This document shows, piece by piece, positions 28,858 through 37,990 of a stretch of 64,000 nt of DNA. The stretch covers positions 288,001-352,000 of the forward strand of contig OZ223264.1 of the NCBI GenBank assembly GCA_965140585.1, given 5' to 3'. Position numbers and translations under genes: made by a program. Each line of letters opens with the position of its first letter. Within the stretch, counting starts at the first letter, position 1. The notes below the pieces were generated by a model. The model was not told the origin of the DNA. It was given only the letters and a program-made list of their open reading frames with translations, and did not search any database. This DNA comes from Spirochaetia bacterium. GTDB lineage: Bacteria > Spirochaetota > Spirochaetia > UBA9216.

Positions 28858-29439
28858 CTATTCATCCAGAAGAGAATGCGCTTCTTTAACTAACGCACTT
28901 CGTTCTTCTCCCGGAGGAGTTATTAGCAATTCATGATTGATTTCTATATGGCGCTTTAGAACTTTCTGAAATGAATCCGAGAAGTATTGCTCCTCAATCC
29001 AAGTCTTATCTTCAGTAGTGATAGCTTCAATAATTTCTGCTGGTACCCATTCAAGATATTCAGGATCTTCATCTGAACATGAATGCCACATATCGGCTTT
29101 TGCCATTCTACCGCCAAGAATATGGGGGAGTAAATATATATTAGAGAGCATTGTTTCTGCCAGTTTACGCTCTCCATCCTTTCCCCCTCTATGTAATATA
29201 AACGCCCAGCAGAGAAGTTGAGTTGGTTCATTGGCATCATCCGGGAATTCTTTCTCAAACCAGCGGATGTACTCAGAAGACCGGCGGTTATCACCCAGAA
29301 GGAAGTAGAGGTAGAATAGATAGTACCTGGCACCGCTTCCGTCATCTATGAAACCATATTCTCGTTTGAAGGATGAGAGCTGGGAGCGGATCTTGGTGAT
29401 TCTGGATGATAGGCCTTTCGGTGTTTTGGGGATGGTCAA
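28858..29439 (-). CDS. Hypothetical protein
   Basis: 193 aa ORF with AGGAG RBS; YGFIDDGSGARY and WFEKEFPDD segments; function unknown. Confidence 0.75.
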   Translation of the reverse strand: MTIPKTPKGLSSRITKIRSQLSSFKREYGFIDDGSGARYYLFYLYFLLGDNRRSSEYIRWFEKEFPDDANEPTQLLCWAFILHRGGKDGERKLAETMLSNIYLLPHILGGRMAKADMWHSCSDEDPEYLEWVPAEIIEAITTEDKTWIEEQYFSDSFQKVLKRHIEINHELLITPPGEERSALVKEAHSLLDE

Positions 29440-29769
29440 ACAAGCTCCTTATTTTTAATATGGAAATATTACCACATTACTGCTCTGTAGGGAGTTAGTT
29501 TTAAGATTTTTTCTATCACATACGATAAGGATTATATTGATTATGAGCAGGGAGAGCTGTTCTTCCTGCTTTAACTGGTTACTCAACATCTTTAAGATAG
29601 GCTGTTTTAAGACATTATCCATCGATACGACAATTGTTGTTGCGTAGAAAGGGAAGAGGTTGATTCCATCTTCTTTCGCGGTACTGCAGGCATCAAAGTC
29701 GATAATCACTTTTCTGGCTCCATCATCTATAGATTCAGTTCCATATCGACGAGCGAGCTCAATAGTTTC

Positions 29770-30412
29770 TCGAAAGATTAAACATGGACAGCTACAGAAT
29801 TACATTATGCCAGAGTTTAGAAACACTCCTCTTAATGAGATTACACCAGTTCATTTTGAAGACTGGCGGTTGTCATTAAACATCTCCAACTCAACCCAAA
29901 ACGGAATTACCATTGTAATGAAGCAAATTCTTAATGAAGCTGTCCGTGTAGGTGAAATCCCTCTCAGTCCTTTGCAGAAGGTTGAATCTCTTAATAAGAA
30001 GCCTAAAAAACCACGTGATTAATTATCTGTAGCTGAAATAGCGAAACTTTTCCCCATAAAACTTGAAGATGCATTGGCGATATGGGATGAGCAGAGATAT
30101 CTTACTCTCATGTTCATGATGGTCTCATCCGGTATGCGTTCAGGGGAGTTAAGGGCTTTAAAATGGGGTGATGTTCTTTGGGAGGATAGAGGAATACTCA
30201 TTACCAAAGCTGTTAAAAACTCAGGTGAGATTGGTTCTGTCAAAGAGCAAAAAGAAAAAACTATTCGAGTACCTGAGAGGACAATAGAGTATTTAAGATT
30301 ATAGAAAGATGTGTCAAAAGCTTAGGATGATATAGACCATATCTTTTATGGCCAATATACTCAACGACCGATTGATAGAGGAACCATCCTCGATCTCTTC
30401 AGAAAGGGTTCT
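29770..30412 (+). pseudogene. Tyrosine recombinase/integrase pseudogene
   Basis: SAM-like YIMPEF..PLNEITP..., catalytic SGMRSGELRALKWGD; in-frame stops at about 30020, 30302 and 30323; HxxR and Tyr missing. Confidence 0.8.
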
Positions 30413-30829
30413 TCACAGCCATGGATTTAAAATCTGGATGGGAATGAAGTCAAAGTCTTTTGTATTTCTTGTGACAAGAATTGCGCCATGAATATATGCA
30501 GTTGCGGCAATCAACCCGTCTAAGGCAGGGAGGGCTATTCCTTTTTTTGAAACTGAAGCAGTTAACTCGCCCCATTTTAGAGCGATATTTGATTCGATAG
30601 GAAAAGTTTGATATTTGAAGGATTCTTCTACCTTGTTTAGCCACGTGATTAAGTCGTTTTTTCTTTTCCCTTCATCAAGTTTGTTTATTCCGCAATTTAT
30701 TTCACCCAGAGTAATTGAGGATATAAAGAGATGTTCTTCTGAGACAGAAGAGAACCAATCAAGGACCTGAATAGATGGGGAGGGTTTTCTTAACTCGGAA
30801 AGGACGTTTGTGTCAAGAAGGAACTTCAT
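30413..30829 (-). CDS. vapC: VapC PIN-domain toxin
   Basis: FLLDTNVLSELRK, ITLGEI, DGLIAATA, LVTRNTKDF. Confidence 0.95.
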   Translation of the reverse strand: MKFLLDTNVLSELRKPSPSIQVLDWFSSVSEEHLFISSITLGEINCGINKLDEGKRKNDLITWLNKVEESFKYQTFPIESNIALKWGELTASVSKKGIALPALDGLIAATAYIHGAILVTRNTKDFDFIPIQILNPWL

Positions 30830-31080
30830 AATTCTATATCTCTCGGTAGATCTGAAGCCCGCTCAATATTGAGTTCGACATGTTTGTGTGGACTGGATAG
30901 TAGAACCTCCAGTATGGATTGTTTGTGCTCTCTTTCGTATGTTGCGGCTGAAACAATGTAAGCTATTGGTTTTCCGCTTCTGGTAATAAGCTGTGGAGAT
31001 TCACTTACTGCAAGGTTTATAACCTCGCTTAGTTTGCTTTTTGCTTCCTGCAGCTGCCAGGTTTTCATGTCATCCTCCAT
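30826..31080 (-). CDS. Phd/YefM family antitoxin
   Basis: WQLQEAKSKLSEVI..A...PQLITRSGKP; ATGA overlap with the toxin. Confidence 0.92.
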   Translation of the reverse strand: MEDDMKTWQLQEAKSKLSEVINLAVSESPQLITRSGKPIAYIVSAATYEREHKQSILEVLLSSPHKHVELNIERASDLPRDIEL

Positions 31081-31087
31081 TGGGAAA

Positions 31088-31104
31088 AACTAGTCTGACT
31101 AGTT
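31088..31104. promoter_or_regulatory. Putative TA operator palindrome
   Basis: AACTAGTC-T-GACTAGTT just upstream of the antitoxin. Confidence 0.55.
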
Positions 31105-31153
31105 AGAGTATACGTTGCTTATTAAAATAATTCAAGTGTGACTTTTTCTTAAA

Positions 31154-31183
31154 AATCGTACGGATTTATAAATCCGTACGATT
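31154..31183. repeat. Perfect 30-bp palindrome
   Basis: AATCGTACGGATTTA|TAAATCCGTACGATT. Confidence 0.9.
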
Positions 31184-31499
31184 AATTTCCGGGTTGACAT
31201 TAAATTTCCAGTAATGGTAAAAGTATTGGAGAAAAATAGGAAAAAACTATCTATCGTTTATTTGTGGTTATAATTATGCTCTGGACAGCGATGTTGTCGG
31301 AGAAATATCTGATGACAGGATAGTTTTAATAGTTTCTTATGACACTGTAATAACTTCATTGAAAGCAACTTTTTTGACAACAGGAGAAAAGGTTGTTGCT
31401 GGGTGGACAGATTAAAAGTTTCGGTGATACATCAAGAATATCATAAAGAAACACAAAATATTTATTGAGTCTATTTCAAACAGAATATAGTCTTGTATC

Positions 31500-32987
31500 A
31501 TGGGTAAATCTCTCATGATACAGGGCACCACATCAGACGCAGGCAAATCATTTCTTGTTGCGGCGCTTTGCCGAATTTTTGCCCGCCGCGGTGTGGATGT
31601 ATTTCCCTTTAAAAGCCAGAACATGGCTCTTAATTCCTTTGCTACGGCCGATGGTCATGAGATTGGCCGTGCTCAGGCTGTTCAGGCGGCAGCCTCATAT
31701 AAAGAGCCTTCGGTTCTGATGAACCCAGTGCTGCTAAAACCACAGTCTCATGGAGAATCCCAGGTTGTGCTTATGGGCAGGCCATGGAAGGTTCTGAAAG
31801 CCGGTGATTACTATGCGGCAAAGACTGTACTTTGGAACGAAGTCTCTTCGGTTATCGATCAAATATCATCCGCACACGATCTTTTAATTGCCGAAGGTGC
31901 GGGAAGTCCTGCCGAGATTAACCTGAAGCAGGATGAAATTGTTAACATGAGGGTAGCAGCATATCTTGATGCACCTGTTCTGCTTGCCGCAGATATTGAT
32001 CGCGGCGGGGTCTTCGCTTCACTGTATGGGACGGTAAAGCTTCTTGACCCCTCCGAGCAGGAGCGTATAAAGGGATTTCTTATCAACAAGTTCCGGGGAG
32101 ACCAGAGCCTGCTTAATCCGGGGCTTGATATGCTCGCGGATCTAACCGACGGCCGGCCGACGCTTGGTGTGATTCCCTACATGAAAGACATTGTCCTTGC
32201 CCGGGAGGATTCGGTCTACCTGCAGGACAACCGTTCCTTCGGAGAGGGCGGTACCGATATTGCGGTAATCATGCTTCCCCACATATCAAACTACGATGAT
32301 TTTGACCCATTCCAGATGGAAGAGGGTATACGATTGAGGTTTGTCGAGCGCCCGGGTGAGCTTGGGAATCCGGCTGCTGTAATAATTCCGGGAACCAAGA
32401 TGACGGTTGAGGATCTTAAGTGGATGCATAAAACAGGATTTGCCGCACTTGTACGCAGACTTGCCGAAAACGGAACTGCTGTTGCGGGTATCTGCGGCGG
32501 CTACCAGATGCTGGGAAAAGTAATATCCGATCCCGAAGCTTCCGAGGGGCCTGCAGGTGATTACGAAGGCATGGGACTTCTTCCGGTAAAGACCGTTTTC
32601 AGCCCTGAAAAAAAGACTGTACAGTTTAAAGGTAAGGTAAAAACCTCTCCAGGCCCTATGAGCAAACTGCAGGGCTTGCCGGTAGAAGGATATGAGATCC
32701 ACATGGGACAGACTATTACAGAAAATACCGGTTCAGCCTTTGCTGAAGATTCGGCTGGAAACAGCGATGGCTTCGTGTCTGAAAACGGCAGTGTATGGGG
32801 CACCTATATTCACGGAATCTTTGATGAGCCGGAGTTTAGGCGGGGCTGGCTTGAATCACTTGGATGGACAGCCACCGGTACCGGCACCAGTCTTAAGGAA
32901 CGCAGAGATCTTGAACTGGACAGGATTGCTGATACTGTGGAAGAGTCTATTGACATAAAGTTTCTGGAAAGGATAATCGGACTGTGA
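31500..32987 (+). CDS. cobQ: Cobyric acid synthase
   Basis: QGTTSDAGKS, PFKSQNMALNS, EGAGSPAEINL, DIDRGG, GICGGYQMLG, GYEIH, GTYIHG. Confidence 0.96.
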   Translation: MGKSLMIQGTTSDAGKSFLVAALCRIFARRGVDVFPFKSQNMALNSFATADGHEIGRAQAVQAAASYKEPSVLMNPVLLKPQSHGESQVVLMGRPWKVLKAGDYYAAKTVLWNEVSSVIDQISSAHDLLIAEGAGSPAEINLKQDEIVNMRVAAYLDAPVLLAADIDRGGVFASLYGTVKLLDPSEQERIKGFLINKFRGDQSLLNPGLDMLADLTDGRPTLGVIPYMKDIVLAREDSVYLQDNRSFGEGGTDIAVIMLPHISNYDDFDPFQMEEGIRLRFVERPGELGNPAAVIIPGTKMTVEDLKWMHKTGFAALVRRLAENGTAVAGICGGYQMLGKVISDPEASEGPAGDYEGMGLLPVKTVFSPEKKTVQFKGKVKTSPGPMSKLQGLPVEGYEIHMGQTITENTGSAFAEDSAGNSDGFVSENGSVWGTYIHGIFDEPEFRRGWLESLGWTATGTGTSLKERRDLELDRIADTVEESIDIKFLERIIGL

Positions 32988-33901
32988 CTGTAATAATTGT
33001 TCTTTCAGCTATAATACTTGATATTTTTATGGGTGAACTGCCCAACCGTTATCATCCGGTTGCATGGACTGGAAATCTGATCAGCAGGATCTGGGAGAGG
33101 CGGCCGACCGGTCGGAACAGATTTTTATTTCTGTATGGTATTCTGCTTACCATTGCAGCCTCACTTACTGTGTTTATTGCTGCCTGGCTGGTACATTTTT
33201 TCCCGTATATACCAGGTCTTGTTTTAACAGTGCTTTTTTTGAAGTTATCCTTTTCGATAAGAGGCTTGTTCCGGGCTGCAATTGAAATACGCGGTCTTCT
33301 TGTAAAAGACAAGCTTGAGAACGCCAGAATTCAGACTTCACGTCATCTGGTTAGCCGTTCTACTGAAAATCTTGATTCTTCAGGGATAAGCGCCGCGGTA
33401 ATTGAATCTGTAACAGAGAATCTAACCGACAGTTTTACATCCCCGGTTCTTTTTTATGTGCTTGCCGGGCTTCCCGGGGCCTGGGCCTACCGGGCAGTTA
33501 ATACCTGCGACGCGATGATTGGATACCGAAGGGATGATTACGAATGGGGCGGCAAGTTTGCGGCACGGCTTGATGATGTGCTTAATTTTATTCCGGCCAG
33601 GCTTACAGCAGGATCCCTTATTCTTTGCGGTCTGATTTCCCGAAAGCTCGGGCATGACTCGCTGAAGCTGATACGAAAATCAGCAGCGCTTACCGACAGT
33701 CCCAATGCGGGGCATACGATGGCTGCAATGGCGGTCATCCTGGATATAAAGCTGGAAAAATCAGGGTATTATATCCTTAATGAACAGGGCCGGGCTCCGG
33801 CTCCTGCCGATATCACATCAGCTTTATGGTTCAGTTCTGTTTCCCTTTTTCTGATTACTGTTTTTCTTGCTGGTATTGGAGTCCTTATCCATGGATTATA
33901 A
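32984..33901 (+). CDS. cbiB: Adenosylcobinamide-phosphate synthase
   Basis: HPV, VSRST, ESVTEN, YRAVNTCDAMIGY, ARLDDVLNFIPAR, SPNAG. Confidence 0.93.
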   Translation: MTVIIVLSAIILDIFMGELPNRYHPVAWTGNLISRIWERRPTGRNRFLFLYGILLTIAASLTVFIAAWLVHFFPYIPGLVLTVLFLKLSFSIRGLFRAAIEIRGLLVKDKLENARIQTSRHLVSRSTENLDSSGISAAVIESVTENLTDSFTSPVLFYVLAGLPGAWAYRAVNTCDAMIGYRRDDYEWGGKFAARLDDVLNFIPARLTAGSLILCGLISRKLGHDSLKLIRKSAALTDSPNAGHTMAAMAVILDIKLEKSGYYILNEQGRAPAPADITSALWFSSVSLFLITVFLAGIGVLIHGL

Positions 33902-35003
33902 ATCACGGTTCAAGCCCCTGATTCCAGCTGCTCCGGTAATACACGGTGGTCCGGGCCCCGGTGCGGATGATTTAGAAAGTCCTGCTTACAGCAGTTATAC
34001 TGACTTCTCTGTCAGCCTCAATCCCTATCCGGTTCCTGAGTCTGTTCGGGATGCCGCTGCAAGAGTTTTGCATGATGAGGTCTTTTTCTCTTATACTGAA
34101 AGATCTGCTGAGTCTTTCTGCAAAAGGGCGGCTGAAGCTCACAATACACGGGTGAACAGGGTTTCCGCATTTAACGGAATCAGTCAGGCTGTATTCTTTC
34201 TTTCATATCTTATGCTTGATAAGACCTCCAGGGTACTGGTTTGCGGGCCTGCATATTCTGAATATGAGGCCTGTAGCAGGATGACCGGTGCTGCTGTTGA
34301 AACTCTATGGTCTGATGACCGGCATGATTTTATTCCGGATACCAGGCATCTCTGCTCACGTGTCGCTGAATATCAGCCTGAAATACTATGGCTCTGCAAT
34401 CCGAATAATCCCACAGGGAGGCTGATAGATGCAAAGCAGATGCAGTCCATATATGAAGCCTGCGTATCTGCAGGGACTCTGCTTGTTATTGATGAAGCCT
34501 ATATGAACTTTGCTGCTGAAGCTAAGCGCTTCAGTTTTTCGGGCAATGACTGCGTTGTTTTAAGATCGATGACAAAGGATTATTCACTGCCCGGGCTTCG
34601 GCTGGGTTATGTTATCGCACCGGCTGAGATTACCACAGCCCTGAATGCTGTTAAACCGCCCTGGAGTGTGAACGCCGTCGCGGCTGTTGCAGGTATTGCG
34701 GCATTTGATTCAGCAGCAGAATATGAGCAGCAGTGGAAAAAACTACTTGGGGAAAAAAATGTACTCGAGGCGGGTCTGTCAGAGCTGGAATTTCGGATAA
34801 TTCCCTCCGCCGCAAATTTTATTCTGTGCGAATGTCCCGGCGGTGCTGCAGACAGCATCCGGATAATCGATAAGCTGCTTGAACAAAAAATAATGGTTCG
34901 GGACTGCACTTCCTTCGGTCTGCCGGGATATATCAGGCTCGGTGTAAGAACTGCAGATGAAAACCGTTTGCTGGTGAATAAATTAAAAGGGGCTTTAATA
35001 TGA
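33891..35003 (+). CDS. cobD: L-threonine-O-3-phosphate decarboxylase (PLP class I/II)
   Basis: HGG, DFSVSLNP, CNPNNPTG, DEAY, RSMTKDYSLPGLRLGY; cob operon context. Confidence 0.85.
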   Translation: MDYKSRFKPLIPAAPVIHGGPGPGADDLESPAYSSYTDFSVSLNPYPVPESVRDAAARVLHDEVFFSYTERSAESFCKRAAEAHNTRVNRVSAFNGISQAVFFLSYLMLDKTSRVLVCGPAYSEYEACSRMTGAAVETLWSDDRHDFIPDTRHLCSRVAEYQPEILWLCNPNNPTGRLIDAKQMQSIYEACVSAGTLLVIDEAYMNFAAEAKRFSFSGNDCVVLRSMTKDYSLPGLRLGYVIAPAEITTALNAVKPPWSVNAVAAVAGIAAFDSAAEYEQQWKKLLGEKNVLEAGLSELEFRIIPSAANFILCECPGGAADSIRIIDKLLEQKIMVRDCTSFGLPGYIRLGVRTADENRLLVNKLKGALI

Positions 35004-35557
35004 GCAGACTCATATTTATTCTGGGCGGAACAAAAACCGGGAAGACCGGCTTTGCCCAGAAGCTTGGAGCTGATGCGCAGAAAACCTCCGGAAAAAATGT
35101 TTCATACATTGCGACCGCAAAGGCCCTTGATGAGGGGATGGAAGACCGGATAAAAAAGCACAGGCAGTCAAGACCGCCTGAATGGCTGACATTTGAGGAG
35201 CCACTTAGACCGTCATCAATTATTGAAAAAGCAGCTGCAGGAGCTTCTGCTGTAATCTTTGACTGTTTCACAATGCTTGCCACTAACATCATCATGCAGC
35301 TGGGCGAAGATCCGGATCGGCAGAAATCACAGGCAGCGGTAACTGCTGAAACCGAAAATATAATCAGGGCCTGCGGAAGCTCCGATTCTGATTCACAGCT
35401 GATAATAATCTCAAACCAGGTTGAAAGCGGTCTTGTGGCACCGACATATCTGGGCGGTTTATTTCAGGATATAAGCGGCATATGCCACCAGATGATTGCC
35501 GCGGCCGCCGATGAGGTTTATCTGATGACCGCCGGAATTCCGCAGAGGCTTAAATGA
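35000..35557 (+). CDS. cobU: Adenosylcobinamide kinase / cobinamide-phosphate guanylyltransferase
   Basis: P-loop GGTKTGKT, YIATA, RIKKH...RP..W...EEP, DC, AGIP. Confidence 0.9.
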   Translation: MSRLIFILGGTKTGKTGFAQKLGADAQKTSGKNVSYIATAKALDEGMEDRIKKHRQSRPPEWLTFEEPLRPSSIIEKAAAGASAVIFDCFTMLATNIIMQLGEDPDRQKSQAAVTAETENIIRACGSSDSDSQLIIISNQVESGLVAPTYLGGLFQDISGICHQMIAAAADEVYLMTAGIPQRLK

Positions 35558-36303
35558 AGCGCCTGATTTATGCTATTAGATTTCTTACTGTCATACCGAT
35601 TCCTTATAAAGAGGGTGAAGACATGAAAGCGGTGGCCGGAGCAACGGTGTTTTATCCGTTTACCGGGCTGCTCATCGGCGCAGTCCTATATGCTGCCGCC
35701 TTGATTCCTGAATCCTTTTTTTCACATACCGTTACATCGGTAATAATTACAGCCCTCTGGGTTATTATCACTGGCGGTCTTCATTTGGATGGTCTGTCCG
35801 ATCTTACCGACGGGCTCGGAGGCGGCCTTACCAGGGAACGGAAGCTTGAAATAATGAAAGACAGCAGGATCGGCGCATTTGGTGTGCTGGCTCTTGTAGT
35901 ATTTCTGATGCTCAAGGCTGTATTTATTATGGAGATTCTGAGCATGAACCCGATGGTTCTGCTGCTGGCTCCGTCTGCAGGCAGATTCTGCACAATGCTC
36001 GCAATATTGATCTTCCCTTCTGCAAGAGAAACCGGGATGGGTGTATTTTTCAAGCAGAACAGCAGAAAAAGAGAGCCGATAATAGCAGGACTGTCCTTCA
36101 TCCTGATTGCCTTGCTTACCTGCGGCATCACCGGGCTGATAGTATCCGTATCGGCTCTGCTTGTGATTATGATATATGCCGCAGTGGTTTCAGGGATTCT
36201 TGGAGGTCTTACCGGTGATGTTTACGGTTCGGTGATTGAACTGACGGAACTTGCAGTTCTTGTTTTCTTCACTGCAGCTTCAGCTATTGCGGGGCTTATG
36301 TGA
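35554..36303 (+). CDS. cobS: Cobalamin synthase
   Basis: FLTVIP, TGGLHLDGLSD, IMKDSRIGAFG, GGLTGDVYG. Confidence 0.95.
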   Translation: MKRLIYAIRFLTVIPIPYKEGEDMKAVAGATVFYPFTGLLIGAVLYAAALIPESFFSHTVTSVIITALWVIITGGLHLDGLSDLTDGLGGGLTRERKLEIMKDSRIGAFGVLALVVFLMLKAVFIMEILSMNPMVLLLAPSAGRFCTMLAILIFPSARETGMGVFFKQNSRKREPIIAGLSFILIALLTCGITGLIVSVSALLVIMIYAAVVSGILGGLTGDVYGSVIELTELAVLVFFTAASAIAGLM

Positions 36304-36938
36304 AAAAGATAGTTTTACTGAGGCACTGCGACAGGCTCGGCAGCGATTACTGTGGAGGCGGAAGCGATGTCTCACTTTCAGAGACCGGCCTGAAAAAGGC
36401 TTCTGATATTGCCCCCTTTCTGGCCGATGCCGGATTTGACGCTGTTTACTGCAGTCCTATGCTGCGCTGCCGGCAGACTGTTGAGCCCTATTTAAAGCTG
36501 ACAGGCATGCCTGAGACTGAAATGGAAGACCTGCGTGAGATGAACTTCGGCGAATGGGAGAACCGTTCCTACGCTGAGCTTGAGTCCTGCGGGGGCAGGC
36601 TGTTCAGCGACTGGATTTCAAATCCTTACGGCAGTGCTCCTCCGGGCGGCGAAAAAATGCAGGGTTTCGAGCAGCGGGTTCTGAAAGCCTGGCAGCAGAT
36701 TATTACGGATGACCGATTCGGCAGCATCCTCGTCGTGACCCATGGCGGCCCGATTCGAACTATTCTGTCCTCGCTTTCGGGGACTATCGGAAGTTCGGAA
36801 AGCAGCAGAAATTTCAGCTGGCAGTTTATAGTCGGGAAGGGAAGGCTGTGTATCATCAATGTTTATGATGATTTAAATACAGCAATTGAATGTACAAATA
36901 TTGAACCGGCCTGGCTGGATCATTATATCGGAAAATAA
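36300..36938 (+). CDS. cobC: Histidine phosphatase, probable alpha-ribazole phosphatase
   Basis: LLRH, SPMLRCRQT, LREMNFGEWE, PPGGE, VTHGG; operon context. Confidence 0.8.
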   Translation: MKKIVLLRHCDRLGSDYCGGGSDVSLSETGLKKASDIAPFLADAGFDAVYCSPMLRCRQTVEPYLKLTGMPETEMEDLREMNFGEWENRSYAELESCGGRLFSDWISNPYGSAPPGGEKMQGFEQRVLKAWQQIITDDRFGSILVVTHGGPIRTILSSLSGTIGSSESSRNFSWQFIVGKGRLCIINVYDDLNTAIECTNIEPAWLDHYIGK

Positions 36939-36961
36939 GAGTGGGAGAATAATACAGCATA

Positions 36962-37990
36962 ATGGACAAAAATCAGCTTAGAGAAAAAATGCAGCATCAT
37001 CTTGATAACCTGACCAAGCCGGTCGGGAGTCTTGGAGATCTTGAAGATTTTGCGATGAAGATGTCGCTGATACAGGGGGCTGTTCCGCCTGTTTTGAATA
37101 AGAAGGCAGTGTATGTTTTTGCAAGCGATCATGGAATAAATGCCGAGGGTGTGTCGATGTATCCGCAGGAGGTGACATATCAGATGCTGATAAATGTCGC
37201 CGCCGGAGGGGCCGGTATCAGCGTGCTGGCAAAAAACTGCGGATATGATGTGGTTGCAGTGGATACGGGAATACTCACTCCTGTTGACGATTCCTCGATT
37301 ATTGACTGCAGGGCGGGCAGTGGTTCCGCAAACTTTCATGAAACAGAAGCTATGACCGCAGAGCAGGCTTCGCTCTGTCTTGAAAACGGCAGGAAGCTGG
37401 CTCAACAGGCCGCGGATGCGGGATATCAGCTTGTTGCAATCGGCGATCTTGGAATCAGCAATACAACTACAGCCGCGGCCATGGCTATAGCCGGAGGCCT
37501 TGAGGCGGAACTTATCATAGATAAGGGAACCGGAATAAGCGATGAGATGCTTGATAACAAAAGAAGGGTAATTATTGAATCTGTTGAAAAACACGCCCCG
37601 TACAAAGATGCGGAAGATATTATCCGGAAGGTAGGAGGCTTTGAACAGGCTGTAATGGCCGGGTTCATTCTCGGCATGAAGGGACGGGGAATAGCCTGCG
37701 TGATTGACGGATTCCCGGTAACAGCCGGAGCGCTGATGGCCTGGCTTATTGATAATTCTGTAAGTGAATACCTCTTTGCCGGACACAAGTCAAAGGTCCG
37801 CGGTCACAAGGTAATGCTTGATAAAATGGAGCTGTCGCCAATCGTTGATTTTAATATGCGGCTGGGCGAGGGTACCGGTGCAGTAATAGGCGGATACATG
37901 GTAGAGCTTGGAGTAAAGACTGCCTGTGAAATGGCATCATTCGAGAATGCCAATGTTTCCAAAAGCCTCACGGAAGAGGAGAATTATTAA
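36962..37990 (+). CDS. cobT: Nicotinate-nucleotide--dimethylbenzimidazole phosphoribosyltransferase
   Basis: LTKPVGSLG, DHG, NTT, GTG, DGF, MRLGEGTGA. Confidence 0.95.
   Translation: MDKNQLREKMQHHLDNLTKPVGSLGDLEDFAMKMSLIQGAVPPVLNKKAVYVFASDHGINAEGVSMYPQEVTYQMLINVAAGGAGISVLAKNCGYDVVAVDTGILTPVDDSSIIDCRAGSGSANFHETEAMTAEQASLCLENGRKLAQQAADAGYQLVAIGDLGISNTTTAAAMAIAGGLEAELIIDKGTGISDEMLDNKRRVIIESVEKHAPYKDAEDIIRKVGGFEQAVMAGFILGMKGRGIACVIDGFPVTAGALMAWLIDNSVSEYLFAGHKSKVRGHKVMLDKMELSPIVDFNMRLGEGTGAVIGGYMVELGVKTACEMASFENANVSKSLTEEENY

Larger units (their letters stand above)
28022..31420. mobile_element. Decayed AT-rich genomic islet (integrase pseudogene, type II TA pair, orphan ORFs)
   Basis: Visibly AT-rich, integrase remnant, VapBC, lies between cobalamin-related sequences; boundaries approximate and no att repeats found. 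Confidence 0.6.

Noticed and set aside
29455-29709. 84-aa minus-strand ORF in the islet
   Set aside because: No recognisable motif or RBS; probably spurious or a fragment
31230-31414. Short plus-strand frame ending VVAGWTD* after a TTGACA
   Set aside because: No clear start codon or family motif; at most an unidentifiable remnant
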